Shown: piece after piece, positions 12,105 to 23,924 of the stretch | Layout: the number at the start of each line of letters is the position of its first letter | Position numbering within the stretch: the stretch's first letter is position 1 | Source of the DNA: Octopus bimaculoides | Taxonomy: Eukaryota | DNA: 34,431 nt | Assembly (NCBI RefSeq): GCF_001194135.2 | Contig: NC_069005.1 | Location: 30,135,305 to 30,169,735 of the forward strand | Direction: 5' to 3' | The notes under the pieces: model-generated | Database searches by the model: none | What the model was told of the DNA's origin: nothing | The model's input: only the letters and a program-made list of their open reading frames with translations | Translations under genes and position numbers: made by a program

Positions 12105-13954
12105 TACCAAAGTCACACTTTACCTTTCATCCTTTCAGAGTCGATTAAATAAGTACCAGTTATGCACTAGGGTTGATGTAATCAACTTAATCCCTTCCCC
12201 CAAAATTTCAGAAAATGCATACCTACATTTCTTCTGCATATTTACATTCTAATTTCAACCCCACCCCAATGGTCAAATCAGGGGGNNNNNNNNNNNNNNN
12301 NNNNNNNNNNNNNNNNNNNNNNNNNNNNNNNNNNNNNNNNNNNNNNNNNNNNNNNNNNNNNNNNNNNNNNNNNNNNNNNNNNNNNNNNNNNNNNNNNNNN
12401 NNNNNNNNNNNNNNNNNNNNNNNNNNNNNNNNNNNNNNNNNNNNNNNNNNNNNNNNNNNNNNNNNNNNNNNNNNNNNNNNNNNNNNNNNNNNNNNNNNNN
12501 NNNNNNNNNNNNNNNNNNNNNNNNNNNNNNNNNNNNNNNNNNNNNNNNNNNNNNNNNNNNNNNNNNNNNNNNNNNNNNNNNNNNNNNNNNNNNNNNNNNN
12601 NNNNNNNNNNNNNNNNNNNNNNNNNNNNNNNNNNNNNNNNNNNNNNNNNNNNNNNNNNNNNNNNNNNNNNNNNNNNNNNNNNNNNNNNNNNNNNNNNNNN
12701 NNNNNNNNNNNNNNNNNNNNNNNNNNNNNNNNNNNNNNNNNNNNNNNNNNNNNNNNNNNNNNNNNNNNNNNNNNNNNNNNNNNNNNNNNNNNNNNNNNNN
12801 NNNNNNNNNNNNNNNNNNNNNNNNNNNNNNNNNNNNNNNNNNNNNNNNNNNNNNNNNNNNNNCTTAATTTTTTTTTTTTTCACTCTTCCTAATTTTTATG
12901 GTATGAATCTAAAAGTAGAAGCAAAACAAAAAACAAAGAAAAAAAAAAGAGAGAATTCTGATACTATTTCCTTTCCCCCTTCTCCCCCACCCAACCCAGT
13001 AATCCGTATCCTTGATTTGAAGCAAGGAATCAGACAAGAATTACTAACACAAAGAAGGAAACAAACAATAAACATCATGATTAGGAACATTATTATTATG
13101 TACAATATATATATGTATAAATAAACACACACATGCATATATATATGTATATATACACATATCCATGAAACTTAAGTAGCATATAACATATTTGTATTTC
13201 TTAAGTACTATATAAAGATCATATATATACATATATATGTACACATATATATATATATATATATATACATATATACATACATATATTTTAAAATTTATTA
13301 ATGAGGGTAGAAATTGATATTAATCAATTAAAACCAGTGGTCTAGCATATTAAAAAAATCCGAAGATTAAAATTATATTACATACAAAAATAAGAGGAAT
13401 GACCAATTTTTATACATACATATATACATATATACATATATATATACATACATATATATATACATATATATATATGCATACATATATACATACATACATA
13501 TATATATATTTGCCTACGTAATAAAATACACATATATATGAATATATTTATGCACATGCACACACTCACACACACACATATACATACACACACACACATT
13601 GCTAGTATTTTGGCACAAACTGATTTGGTGGAGTACTTATGTATGATTCCCAGTTGAAATAGCTTAATTGAAATTAGTGCTTTTCAGTGCAGTCCACTTT
13701 TACATCTATAATACTACTTCAGAAAGGGATGAATGTTAGCTTGCCTTCCCCAAAAAAATATCCTTGAGCATCCTTGAGTAGAGGAGAGACTACTATTGCT
13801 ATAATAATAATAATAATGATAATTATTATTATTATTATTATTATTATTATTGTTTGTGCACCACTGAAGTAGCTCAGTTGAGAGAGAGATTGATGATTTT
13901 AAGTGCCCTGGTTTAACCCCCGTTTCCAAAGATGCGCTTTAATTCTCTTTAACA

Positions 13955-14825
13955 GCATCAAGCTGGCAGAATTTCTTAGCACGCCAGACAAAAAAAGCTT
14001 AGTGGCATTTCTTCCTGCTCTTTAGGGTCTGAGCTCAAATCCTGTTGAGGGTGTCTTTGCCCTTTATCCTTTTGGGGACAGTGAAATAAGTACCAGTCAA
14101 GTGCTGGAGTCGATGAATCAACTTACCCCTCCCCTCAAAAATTATTGGCCCTCTGCCAAAATTTGAAACCATTAAAGGCGGTGAGCTGTCAGGACTGTTA
14201 ACACACTGGGCAAATTGCTTAGTGGCCTTTCATCCATCTTTATATTCTGATTTCAAATTCCAACAAGCTTGATTTTTCCTTTCATCCTTTCAGGTCAATA
14301 AAATAAGTACCAGTTGAGCAATGGGGTTGATATATCTGACTTACTCTCTCCCATGAAATTGCTGGCCTTGGGCCAAAATTTGAAACTGTTATTATAATCA
14401 TTTTGAGGGTGTTGAATTGGTAGAAACATTTGAGCACTGGAAAAATTGCATTGAGGCTTGTATTCTGGCTTTTGATATTCTAAATTCAAATCACACTTTA
14501 CCTTTCATCCCTCCAGGCTCAACAAAGTACCAATCAAAAACTAGGGCTGATTTAATCAACTGACCCCTTCTCTTTAAGATTAGTGCCCTCCCACTTAAAT
14601 TAGAAGCAATTATTATTATTTGTAGGGCGGTGAAAGTGGTGAGCTAACAGAATTACTTAGCAGTTTGTCCATCTTCACATTCTGAGTTTGAATGTCACTG
14701 AGGTCAACTTTACCTTTCATCCTTTCAGGGTCGATAAAATAAGTACCAGTCGAGCACTGGGGTCGATGTAATTGACTTAGCCCTTGTCCCAAACTTGCTG
14801 GACTTATGCCAAAATTTGGAACCAT
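13955..14825 (+). mobile_element. Head-to-tail cluster of about four family-A SINEs
   Basis: Repeated GCTGGCAGAA / TTTCATCCTT / AATAAGTACCAG / CTGGGGTCGAT / AAATTTGAAACC modules from about 13955, 14175, 14420 and 14625. Confidence 0.75.
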
Positions 14826-14844
14826 TATTATTATCATTAATATT

Positions 14845-15197
14845 ATAGACATCGCATAATATACAATATCGTGAGGTTGTTGATTGAAGATATTGTGTCT
14901 AATTTTGTCAAGTCCCAACAAGGACCTCAGACATTCAGTACTTCACACAATATGCGTGCAGTTCCAAGTAATGCCGACTTTTACAATACATCTAGATTGT
15001 AGGGTATTTCTAAAGTTTCCAGATGTTTTGTTTTTTTTCAGATTGGGTGGTATTGAACCCAATGCTCCGATGACAATAGGGATAACTTTTATGTTTGACT
15101 CTTGTAGCTGCCATATGTTAGCAATTTCAATTCTCAGGTCTCCATATTTATCAACCTTTTTTCTTTCTTTCATGATGATATGTTGATCTCCTGACAC
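14845..15197 (-). mobile_element. Third 3' relic of an R4/Dong-like retrotransposon
   Basis: SGDQHIIMKERKKVDKYGDLRIEIANIWQLQESNIKVIPIVIGALGSIPPNLKK, then a frameshift to YNLDVL*KSALLGTARILCEVLNV*. Flanked by (ATT)n tracts. Confidence 0.75.
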
Positions 15198-15235
<38 letters not shown>

Positions 15236-15237
<2 letters not shown>

Positions 15238-15690
15238 GGCTGGCAGAATTATTAGCATGTCAGACAAAATGCTTAGCAGCATTTCTTCTAGCCATTTACA
15301 TTCTAAGTTCAAATTCTGCCGAGGTTGACTTTGCCATTCATCCTTATGAAATTGATAAAATAAGTGCCAGCTGAGTACTGGGGTCAATGTAATTGACTTG
15401 CCCCTCCCCTCTAAATTAGAAAGAATTATTATTATTAATGTTAGTATTGTTATTAATATTGTTAGATTGGCAGAAACAACAGAATATTGAACAAAATAAA
15501 ACAAAATGTCAGACACCTTATTTAATTATGACCTAATAATTTCTGAGTTCAAATCCCACACAGATTAGCTTTGCCTTTCATCATTCCAAGGTCGATAAAA
15601 TAAAGTACCAGTCAAATACTGGGGGGATCAATATAACAGACCATGTCCTATCCCCACAAATTTGAGGCCTCAGACCTTTTTAAGAAGTTG
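15236..15690 (+). mobile_element. Two family-A SINEs
   Basis: Copies at about 15236-15425 and 15465-15690 with the same A-box, B-box and AATAAGT(A/G)CCAG modules. Confidence 0.7.
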
Positions 15691-16344
15691 TTGTTGTTAA
15701 TTTGTGTTTACTAATTAATTAAATGTTAATTTCTCTTTCTCTCTCATCCCTCCTCTTACTGTTCCCCTTCTCCTCCACCCAATATTAATGCATTCTGCTT
15801 TCAATATCAACTATTACTACTTTTATTATTATTATTATTATTATTAATTATTATTGTTATTGTTATTATTCGTTATTATTCATAGCTAATCTGGAAAATT
15901 CTTTACTTTACATTTTAAAACATTTCAGAGGAAACTTTCTTGTATTCCTCAATGGAAATATTTTTCTGTTTTTTCTGTTTTTCTTTCNNNNNNNNNNAAA
16001 AAAAAAAAAAAAAAAAACCTACAAAATAAATAAATAAAAGAAACAAATGACAAAATGTTCGAAAAAAATAAAAAATTGCAAAAGAAATCCTTTGAATAAA
16101 AATTTAAGTTACCAAATTTTTCTATACTTTGTTATTCCTTCTTATTTCAAACTGTTGTTGTTGTAAATTGAGAAATTAATTCTTAACTACTTGGGCAAGA
16201 TGCATAGCTCAATGATTATGGAGTCTCTCCAGCCTGAGCCACTACTCCTCAGTACTGAAAGGTCAGTTCCAACATATGCAATTCGAACGATTTACGGTAT
16301 TTAATAAAAATGGACAACCTACACAAGTGTGCCCCCCCCCCACT

Positions 16345-18030
16345 TCCTTGTTCCCACATATCCTTCGTATAAATGGATAATTTCTAATTGAATTCTTTAC
16401 AAAAATCTTTCAGATTCCGATTATATCGGAAATTGTTGCGAAAAATTTTTTCCGGGGGTGGGGAGAGGAGTTTCGGAAAATTCATACGAGTCGAGTTTTT
16501 CATAACTTTCTGAAAAATTAGCATTTTTTTAATGAAATTTTTCTGCCAAAACCTTTCACATAATAATCTTGAATTTTAATGTGAAAAAAAAATTTTTTTA
16601 AAGCGTGGTGGGCATGCACGCATAAATACATACACATCACAATTTTTTTTCTCCAAATCCCAAGTTTCATTTTATATGTGATGTCTATCAGTATGTATGT
16701 ATGTATGCAAGGCCAATTTCTTTTTCCATATTAAATTCCGATATAATTGTAGTCTGCATATTCTGAAAAGTATTTGTGGAAAATTTCATTAATAATAACG
16801 AAGCCGACTCGATTGAATTTTCCGACATTGCTCTTTTCACGCCTCAGAAAAATGTTTTCATAATTCCAATGTAATCGGAATCTACATCGTCTGAAGCATA
16901 TTTATTAAAAAAAATTCATTAAACAACGTTTATTTTTCTATAAGTTATAAGAAAACAATGTCTGTTGATGGGTAGCATACTTGTGTAGGTATGCCATAAA
17001 AATAAATTATGCTCGCTTTTGCATTACTTTCGTGGGGTGACCGGTAATAAAGTCACAATTTTGGCTAGGAAAAAAAGTCACAATTTTGGCTCGGAAAAAA
17101 AGTCACAATTAATTTATGGGATCTGGGCAAAACCCCACTAGGACAAAACCCGGCAAGACTTCCTTTTGTACCCCGCCAAAAACCCGACGGGCGGAAGTCT
17201 TTCCCAAAACCCCTCCAGATAAAATTACCTCTATTCCTTCGGGGCAACCTTCCTACATACATATCCGCCATGTAAACATTCTCCTACTTGGATGTAACTC
17301 AAGGAATAACAAGAATCTATTCGAATGTAAGACTGAATATACATTATACATTATAAATTATGTTATGACAATGGAGCCATGGATTTAGCTGAATGGGTGA
17401 TAAATAAAAAAATACTGTATTTGAAGGTAAGTCGCACTTTCGGCGGAATTTTGTCATGTGTATCAGTATCGATGTATGCAAGCCCAATTTTTTTTTCATA
17501 TAAATTTCCCCTATAATCGTAATGAAGGCGGAGGCTGAGTGTAAATATACACCATCTGAGAAGTATTTGTAGAAAATTTCACAGAAAACAATTTAAATTT
17601 GCCCATTTTTCTGAAAGTTACGAGGGCAGAAAGCCGTCTCGTGTGAATTTTCCGACATTCCTCTCTGCACGCCTCAGAAAATTTTTTCATAAGAAATTCT
17701 ATTATAATCGGAAATCTGCACCGTCTGAAGCGTGTTTGTAAAAAAAATATTCATTAAATAACATTCATTTTTCTGAAAGTTATGAGAAAATGAAGTCCGT
17801 TGATGGTGTAAATATGCTCCCTTTTGTATTTATTGCTTTTGGGACAACCATTATACATTGACAGCCAGCACGGACGTAACTCAAAGAATGACTAAAATCC
17901 ATTCGAATGTAAAATTGAATGATGTAAATTATCTGACGACAACAGAGCCATGAATTTAGGTGAATAATTGATAGATTAAAAAGAGAAAAATACTGGAGTT
18001 GATGGAATATAAGGAGCACTTTCTTAACAA
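16345..18030. repeat. Cluster of three diverged copies of a ~300-600-bp non-coding repeat (one inverted, two direct)
   Basis: Shared blocks GAATTTTCCGA, TTTTCTGAAAGTTATGA, ATAATCGGAA and CACGCCTCAGAAAA. Copies at about 16345-16645 (-), 16670-17440 (+) and 17450-18030 (+). Confidence 0.75.
17049..17110 (+). repeat. 25-bp minisatellite, about 2.5 units
   Basis: AGTCACAATT recurs at 17051, 17076 and 17101. Unit is AAAGTCACAATTTTGGCT(A/C)GGAAAA. Confidence 0.9.
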
Positions 18031-18399
18031 AACAAATGTCACAAAAAATAACCCCGATTCCCTGTATGCGAAGTTGAGCCTCTCAAAGTTTGATCGACTA
18101 AAACATTGTTTCTTGAATATTTGCCTTTGAAATTGGTGTTCGTCTGGTATGACCGTACATCTTTAGTTTGACCCACCTTTTATGTCTCAAATGCGGTTTT
18201 TGATAATTGCTGATGGCTTTAAAAGGAAATTTCGATTGAAATAAATAATTATTTTCTCAATGTGTCGGCCAAAAGGAAAAGATCCGATAATAAATTTATA
18301 ATTTTTTTTATCACGTATTTCTATTTCATGTATTTTTCCATAAGGTAAAGATTCTACCATTATACGAAATTTGAAAGGGTTTCGTTACAAAAGATTATT

Positions 18400-19346
18400 T
18401 TCTCAATGTGCCGCCGGCCAAAAGGAAAAGATCCATCTGTTATAATTAAATAAAAATAGGCTGGAAGAAACATAATGGATGAAGGTATATAATAAGCTAA
18501 ATGGACTTACCAATGAATCAGAACAGACTTGAGGGAATCGATATTGATTGACAATTCGAAGACAAATCATGGAGGTGTGTCTCTTAGACGTGTGAAGGTT
18601 GGGAAACGACGAACATTTCAAGAGTTTACGAAAGTTAACGAAGATGGCTGTAATTCTTCGAAGTGATTTTTATTCAACCAAAATGCTAAAACCTATATTA
18701 TTGAATTTGGGTAGTTTGTGGAGGTATGCAAGAATTTAATAATAGCTCTTATCTGAGATTTAAACTGTTGGAATTTTATTGTAAGATTTGGATTTTCTCC
18801 ATTAGACATAAACAGACACGAAGCTGCCATGGCGATATCGCTGCACGAAGCTTTGGGATGGACTGAGAAATTCTTAACATGGGGGTCAGTCCTTTTCATC
18901 AATTCAGCCAAATACACTCCGATAAAGCATTCGTGCAGCACTTTTGAGTATTAACGAAGTAATTTCTATGCTAGTATATCCATAGTTCAAAGCTGTTTTG
19001 GTTTGATCTGTTGTAGGACATTGGTACAAAGTTAACACAGTTAAAGGTAGGTGCAGTATTTAAATTTTGGTTGTTGTTGTTATTATGAGCAATCTTTTAG
19101 TTTTGTGACTTGTAATAGAAGCTGCAAAGTTCTACCAATCTATGTAGATCACCTTAAGGTTCTTTTTAACGATTTGATGATTCCTGTAATGGTGGAAGCT
19201 TCAAGTACTTCGTAGCAATGCTGGTCTTTTACAGTTTGGTTAACCCATAAAGCGCGACGGGCCACGATTGTGGCCCGGATAGATACATTTAATTTATGGA
19301 CATTGATGTCAAATTGTGTAAATTTGAAGTTATGCTTGTTTTCCAC
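18400..19346 (-). mobile_element. Highly degraded Penelope-like (PLE) retroelement relic
   Basis: Dispersed peptides ENKHNFKFTQFDI (RT F.QFDI motif), KFLHTSTNYPNSII (Y....SNHP.SI motif), and NHQIVKKNLKVIYIDW*NFAASITSHKTKRLL (pre-GIY-YIG linker). Many stops and frameshifts. Confidence 0.45.
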
Positions 19347-19504
19347 CCTGTGGAACTATACTCTTTTACTTGTTTCAGTCATTTTGACTGTGGCCATGCT
19401 GGAGCACCACCTTGGGGTTAAAATGTAGTAACTGTGTCCTGTATAGGACAGCCACATTTTGATGGCAAAAAACAGTATATATATATATATATATATATAT
19501 ATCC

Positions 19505-19751
19505 TTCTCTTTGTGCCCTTTTAAAGCCTAGCCAGGCTCATGGGCCTGGTTTCAATGACGTATGTGTTCCCCAGCTGGACGGGACGCCAGTCCATAGCAG
19601 CGTTACTCATTTTTGCCAGCTGAGTGGACTGGAGCAACATGAAATGAAGTGCTTTGCTCAAGAATACAATGCGTCGCCCGGTCCAGGAATCGAAACCACA
19701 ATCTTACAATCATGATGCTGACACCTTAACCACTAAGCCACGCGCCTCCAC
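19505..19751 (-). mobile_element. Family-C SINE head and core with a different 3' tail
   Basis: Same head and core as 24100-24243 (ACTCATTTTTGCCAGCTGAGTGGACTGGAG on plus). The tail GCTATGGACTGGCGTCCCGTCCAGC is unrelated to the 23925 copy. Confidence 0.75.
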
Positions 19752-20045
19752 AATTTCATTAATTAATATAAAAAATACAAATAATATATAAGAAAAAAAA
19801 TGAAAAAAAGAAAGCCAAACAAAAAAAAACAAAACACTTAGATATTTTTAAAGAGAATTTATTGAAAATATATTTGAATTTTGGATTTATACAATTATAT
19901 ATTATACACTATGTTTATATGGGTATGAGTATAAAAAAAGTATTTACACACTCACGCATAGACACAAGCAAACATAACCTATACATTCTTATTCACCTCT
20001 CGACTGGTTTCATTTACTCATGTGTGACCACCACCTTTTATAGTC

Positions 20046-20268
20046 ATTCCTTTTGTTTCCATATTTCTGTTGAAACTTCCTTCGTTTCAATTAAATATGA
20101 AAATAATAAATTTAGCAAAATACCCTTGTCGTTATTAATCCAGCGGTTGGAACACAAATTAACCTGAAATTTTGATGGGCGGTTTTTATATAGATCACTT
20201 TTAAAACAGGAGGCTTCTGTGATAGAATCAGGGGAAGTCTCAGGTGGGCTGGTATCAAAGAGTTTCAC
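20046..20268. mobile_element. Probable piggyBac-like MITE, degraded
   Basis: Ends CCTTTTGTTTCC and GGTATCAAAGAG form a degenerate inverted repeat around a ~220-bp AT-rich non-coding body. Confidence 0.4.
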
Positions 20269-21608
20269 CTGAGCACTTACTTCACAGTCTTGGCCAGGTG
20301 AGGGTATGGAGATGTTGTTATTGATAAGTCCATTGCTTGACCGCATGGCTTTGTATTCAGTCAGGGTGTATGATACTCAGAACAAGTAAAGTGCTTTCTA
20401 TTATAGTGCCAGGTTGGCCAAACAAAGCCTTGTGAGTCAATTTAGTAGACAGAAAAATGAAAGGTCATTGTCTGTGTGTGTGTGTAGATAATGTGCACCA
20501 TACACACACACACACATATATACACATTTAAATGTATATCATCATCATCCATTAACATCCGTTATACATATGTGTATATTGTATATATGTGTGTGTGTGT
20601 GTGTATATATATATATACATATATATGCACATACACATAAGTACACACACACACAGATGTATACATGTATGTGTGTGTGTGTGTGAATGCTTACTATCTG
20701 TGGAAAACCATGCTATGGATGGTGGCATCACCATTTGTGGCTGGGCAGCAACTGTTAACATTAATTTACATTTCCTGTCAATGTATCATCTGCTATCTCT
20801 GTGCTTTCGAATTCCTCTGGAGTCAAAATTCTCTTACTTGGTCAAAAAAAAAAAAATGCATAAGGGTTGGCAGCAAGAAGAGCATCCTGCTGCAAAAATC
20901 CTGCCTCAAATACATCCCTGTCTAACCCTTGCTAGCATGGAACATCACATGTCTAATGAATGAATGAAGGAACAAAAAAGAATTCTGAGATATAAAGGAG
21001 TCACTGCAAAAACACCATCACCAGAATTAAAACTGGAATAATTGTAAACACAAACAAGTATACATGTGCACATATGTGTGTGTATGTCACAGGCTTCTGC
21101 ACAGTTTTCATCTACCAAATTCCACTCACGAAATAGTAGTGACCTAAACACATTTGTTGATATCTGATTTGTTGATAACATCACATAATTATTTACTCCC
21201 CTTAATTGTCAGCTCTTTCTCTTTCTTAACTTGTTCATATTATCACCATATATCTAGACTAATGTAACTTTTGTTTCTCTGCTTATATTGAACTAACTCC
21301 AGTTTGGTAAACTTTAACAGATACTAGTAAATATTTGGTTAGCTGTTCTCTATCGAGGAACAGAAGTTTCTGTTTAGCTCCAGACAACCAAAGTCTACCA
21401 CCGAAGGGGCGAAATTACATTGAAACACTGGTGTCTGGTAGTCTGTTGATGTTGTTTGGAGCTGGGCGTGTTTTTACACACCAAATTTTTATAGAGAAAT
21501 GCATTCTCTGAAACCAAATCCAGCAGTGAATACCATTTATATTCTATTGTATTTAGGAACATTAAAAATAAATGTACACATTGTTACTTTGATCTTCACT
21601 GCTCTAAA

Positions 21609-21827
21609 TACATTGGGTTGTCCGGAAAGTTCGTGCCGATTTATAGTAGCTTACCTTTCGACTTATTTGCCATGAAACCACCTCAGTTCTGGGAAGAGGG
21701 TATTTTCAAGTTAAAGGAAAGATAGAGACGCATTGTGCAACAAAATGGTTCATATTTGGTTGATTAAAAATGTAATGGCATGTATTTATTGACCTTTTTC
21801 TTGCCTTTAAAAATTGGCACAAACTTT
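21609..21827 (+). mobile_element. Internally deleted mariner element retaining the transposase C-terminus
   Basis: Left TIR CATTGGGTTGTCCGGAAAGTTCGTGCCGATTT and partial right TIR AAATTGGCACAAACTTT. Internal frame MKPPQFWEEGIFKLKER*RRIVQQNGSYLVD* matches the mariner F...GI.KL.ERW..V...NG.Y end. Confidence 0.8.
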
Positions 21828-22902
21828 ATTGTATTATCTGCAGACAGAAACATGACTGACAATGCACCAAGGGCCCAATGTAATATCATTATAGAAGTCC
21901 CTCACATATTTCAGTAATTTACATGGAAATTTAATATCGCGGGCATTAATGAAAATATTTCAAAGGAATGATGAAATAGCATAAAAAAAATACAAATAAA
22001 AAAAAATACTACACAAAACCAGCTTTAAATGGATTAAAATAATCTGAAGGTTTTTTTTTTCTGCAAACTTGGAGAAGAATTTTTTTGCAAAATGTTGTAA
22101 AGTGTAAAAAAAGGGAGTCACAAGAGTTAACCATTTTGTTAAATTGTTCCTTGGAGTTTAAACTCATAGTAGTTCGCACTGCTGGACAGTTAGTAAGGCA
22201 TTTTGGTTTTTAGAGTTTTTGAAAGAATCAGTGAAGAGCGAAAGGGTAAAGAATGGCTGAGTTTGTGTGTGTGTGTTTGTGAAAGGGAGAGAAGGGACAT
22301 ACGCACACACATGCACAGTGGAGCCTCAGTTTACGAACACCTCTCATCACAGACATATTGGCTGATGAACATCTTGGGGTAACAAATGGTATCTTGGGGT
22401 AACAAACACGTCAGCTGGCAATAATGGTGGGCAACAAGCAGGGAAGCATCACTGGAAGAGAAGTCAGTTGTTGCTGTGCTTTTGCTCAGTACACATCCCT
22501 GCATAAATTCACCATGGCTTCTCTTGAATTTCCTATGGGGAAAATAGTCCCAGTCTACAAACATTTCAGGTGACAAATGACCCCCAGGAACAAATTGAAT
22601 TTGTAATAAACCAAATTTCCACTATGTATTGGTGACATCATAGGAATTTCATCATTTATACCAGCTTTCAAAAACATGAAATAATTCTTTCTTGGAATTG
22701 GGTCTTAAGCTATAAATAACAGTATGTACCTTTCGGATATAAAAAGTTGAAGGTGCAACACTGATCTTCCAGAACTTGATGCCTTCCATACTAATCTATG
22801 AGTAGGAACTTCAAATTCCTACATCCACCAGATTGGTTAACTAGTCAGCCCTGTTTCGCAGTGCCTTGCACAGTAGTCTTGATAAACTTTTATCATTTAT
22901 AC

Positions 22903-23224
22903 CAGTGGTTTTCAACTGGGGCCCATATAAGATTTTGGGAGTCTATGCAAATAGTAAATTGAGGATCCCCAATAGTAATTTAAGGGCCCTTGAACAAAAT
23001 GTGCTTTAGATGTGTGTATTGGTTTGTATTGTTTGAAACAGGTTTCTTTCTCTAACATTTTGCACAGTTCAACCTAAACAACTTAATGTGCAAAAAACAC
23101 AATAGGAATTTTGAAAGTAGTTTCTATAAAACTAGTTTTTAAACATTGAATGACTAGGGGCTGTCCACTAGATTAAAATAGTAATCACAGGGGTCTATAG
23201 ATAAAAAATGGTTGAGAACCCTTG
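22903..23224. mobile_element. hAT (Charlie-like) MITE with 8-bp target-site duplication
   Basis: Ends CAGTGGTTTTCAAC and GTTGAGAACCCTTG (11/14 inverted match). Flanks ATTTATAC (22895-22902) and ATATATAC (23225-23232) match 7/8. Confidence 0.8.
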
Positions 23225-23256
23225 ATATATACAAATATATAAGTACCTGTATTTTG

Positions 23257-23291
23257 TTTAATTACTTAAGGAAATTTAATATTTGTTTAAT
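23257..23291 (-). promoter_or_regulatory. Candidate polyadenylation-signal cluster for GGT
   Basis: Three ATTAAA hexamers on the minus strand (23257-23262, 23275-23280, 23286-23291), about 380-410 nt past the stop codon, followed by a U-rich tract. No transcript evidence. Confidence 0.3.
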
Positions 23292-23394
23292 TTAGAGTGT
23301 GTTGACGAAGGTGACCATCACTGGTAAAGGAGAAAGAAATCAGTAATGTGGAAAGACTTTAGAATCAAAGACTCCAGAAAATCAATTTTACACC

Positions 23395-23441
<47 letters not shown>

Positions 23442-23666
23442 AAGAAAGTGGGGCGAGTGATAGAATTATACAGGAAAGAGACGAATGAGGTGAGTGGGAA
23501 AGAAAGAGTGAAGTAATGAAGATGGTTGGGGGGAAACATTGAAGAACAAGAGGGAGGAGGAGTAGGTAAGAGAAAGAATATGTTGAGTCAGGAGGAGAAG
23601 AATGTGGTGGAGGAGGAGGTACGAGATGATCATATGTGGAGGCACCAGAGGAGATGGTTATTGCAG

Positions 23667-23810
23667 TTACCATCCATCTACGGAGCCACATTTGCGTCGG
23701 TCAGCTGCTGCGTGTATCTTGTCTTTGACCAGTATGCCTTGGACACGGCTGTTGGCAATACTTATCTTATGTATTTTGTGCCCCATCTCTTTCAGTTTCT
23801 CTGTGATGTC
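23667..23810 (-). CDS. GGT1-like: GGT terminal coding exon 11
   Basis: TACTTCCAG acceptor, 144 nt including TAA. DITEKLKEMGHKIHKISIANSRVQGILVKDKIHAAADRRKCGSVDGW* matches L...GH, VQ.I and A.D.RK.G...G[YW]*. Confidence 0.94.
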   Translation of the reverse strand, partial: DITEKLKEMGHKIHKISIANSRVQGILVKDKIHAAADRRKCGSVDGW

Positions 23811-23924
23811 CTGGAAGTAGAAATAGTGTTACTGTTACCATCACCATCCTTGCTACCAACACCACCACATCTACCAATCACAACCACCACCACCACCACG
23901 GCCACCATTGCCATCACTAACTAG

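Noticed and set aside
10523-12892. Long ORFs of 200-319 aa
   Set aside because: They are open only because they run through N gaps. The same applies to the ORFs at 30754-31665 and 30816-31613.
17049-17110. CRISPR-like regularly spaced motif
   Set aside because: The intervening sequences are near-identical rather than unique spacers, there are only 2.5 units, the context is eukaryotic and no cas genes are present. It is a minisatellite.
21250-21560. Non-repetitive stretch with a ~60-codon plus-strand frame
   Set aside because: No recognisable protein motif and no linked exons. Treated as unannotated intergenic sequence.
22331-22620. 81-aa minus ORF and non-repetitive sequence with a 16-bp duplication (ATCTTGGGGTAACAAA twice)
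   Set aside because: No recognisable motif in any frame and no convincing splice-site pair. The duplication is a trivial local slippage.
23526-23924. 132-aa plus-strand ORF antisense to the last GGT exon
   Set aside because: Low-complexity ends from purine-rich and (CAC)n repeats, and the centre is the antisense shadow of GGT codons.
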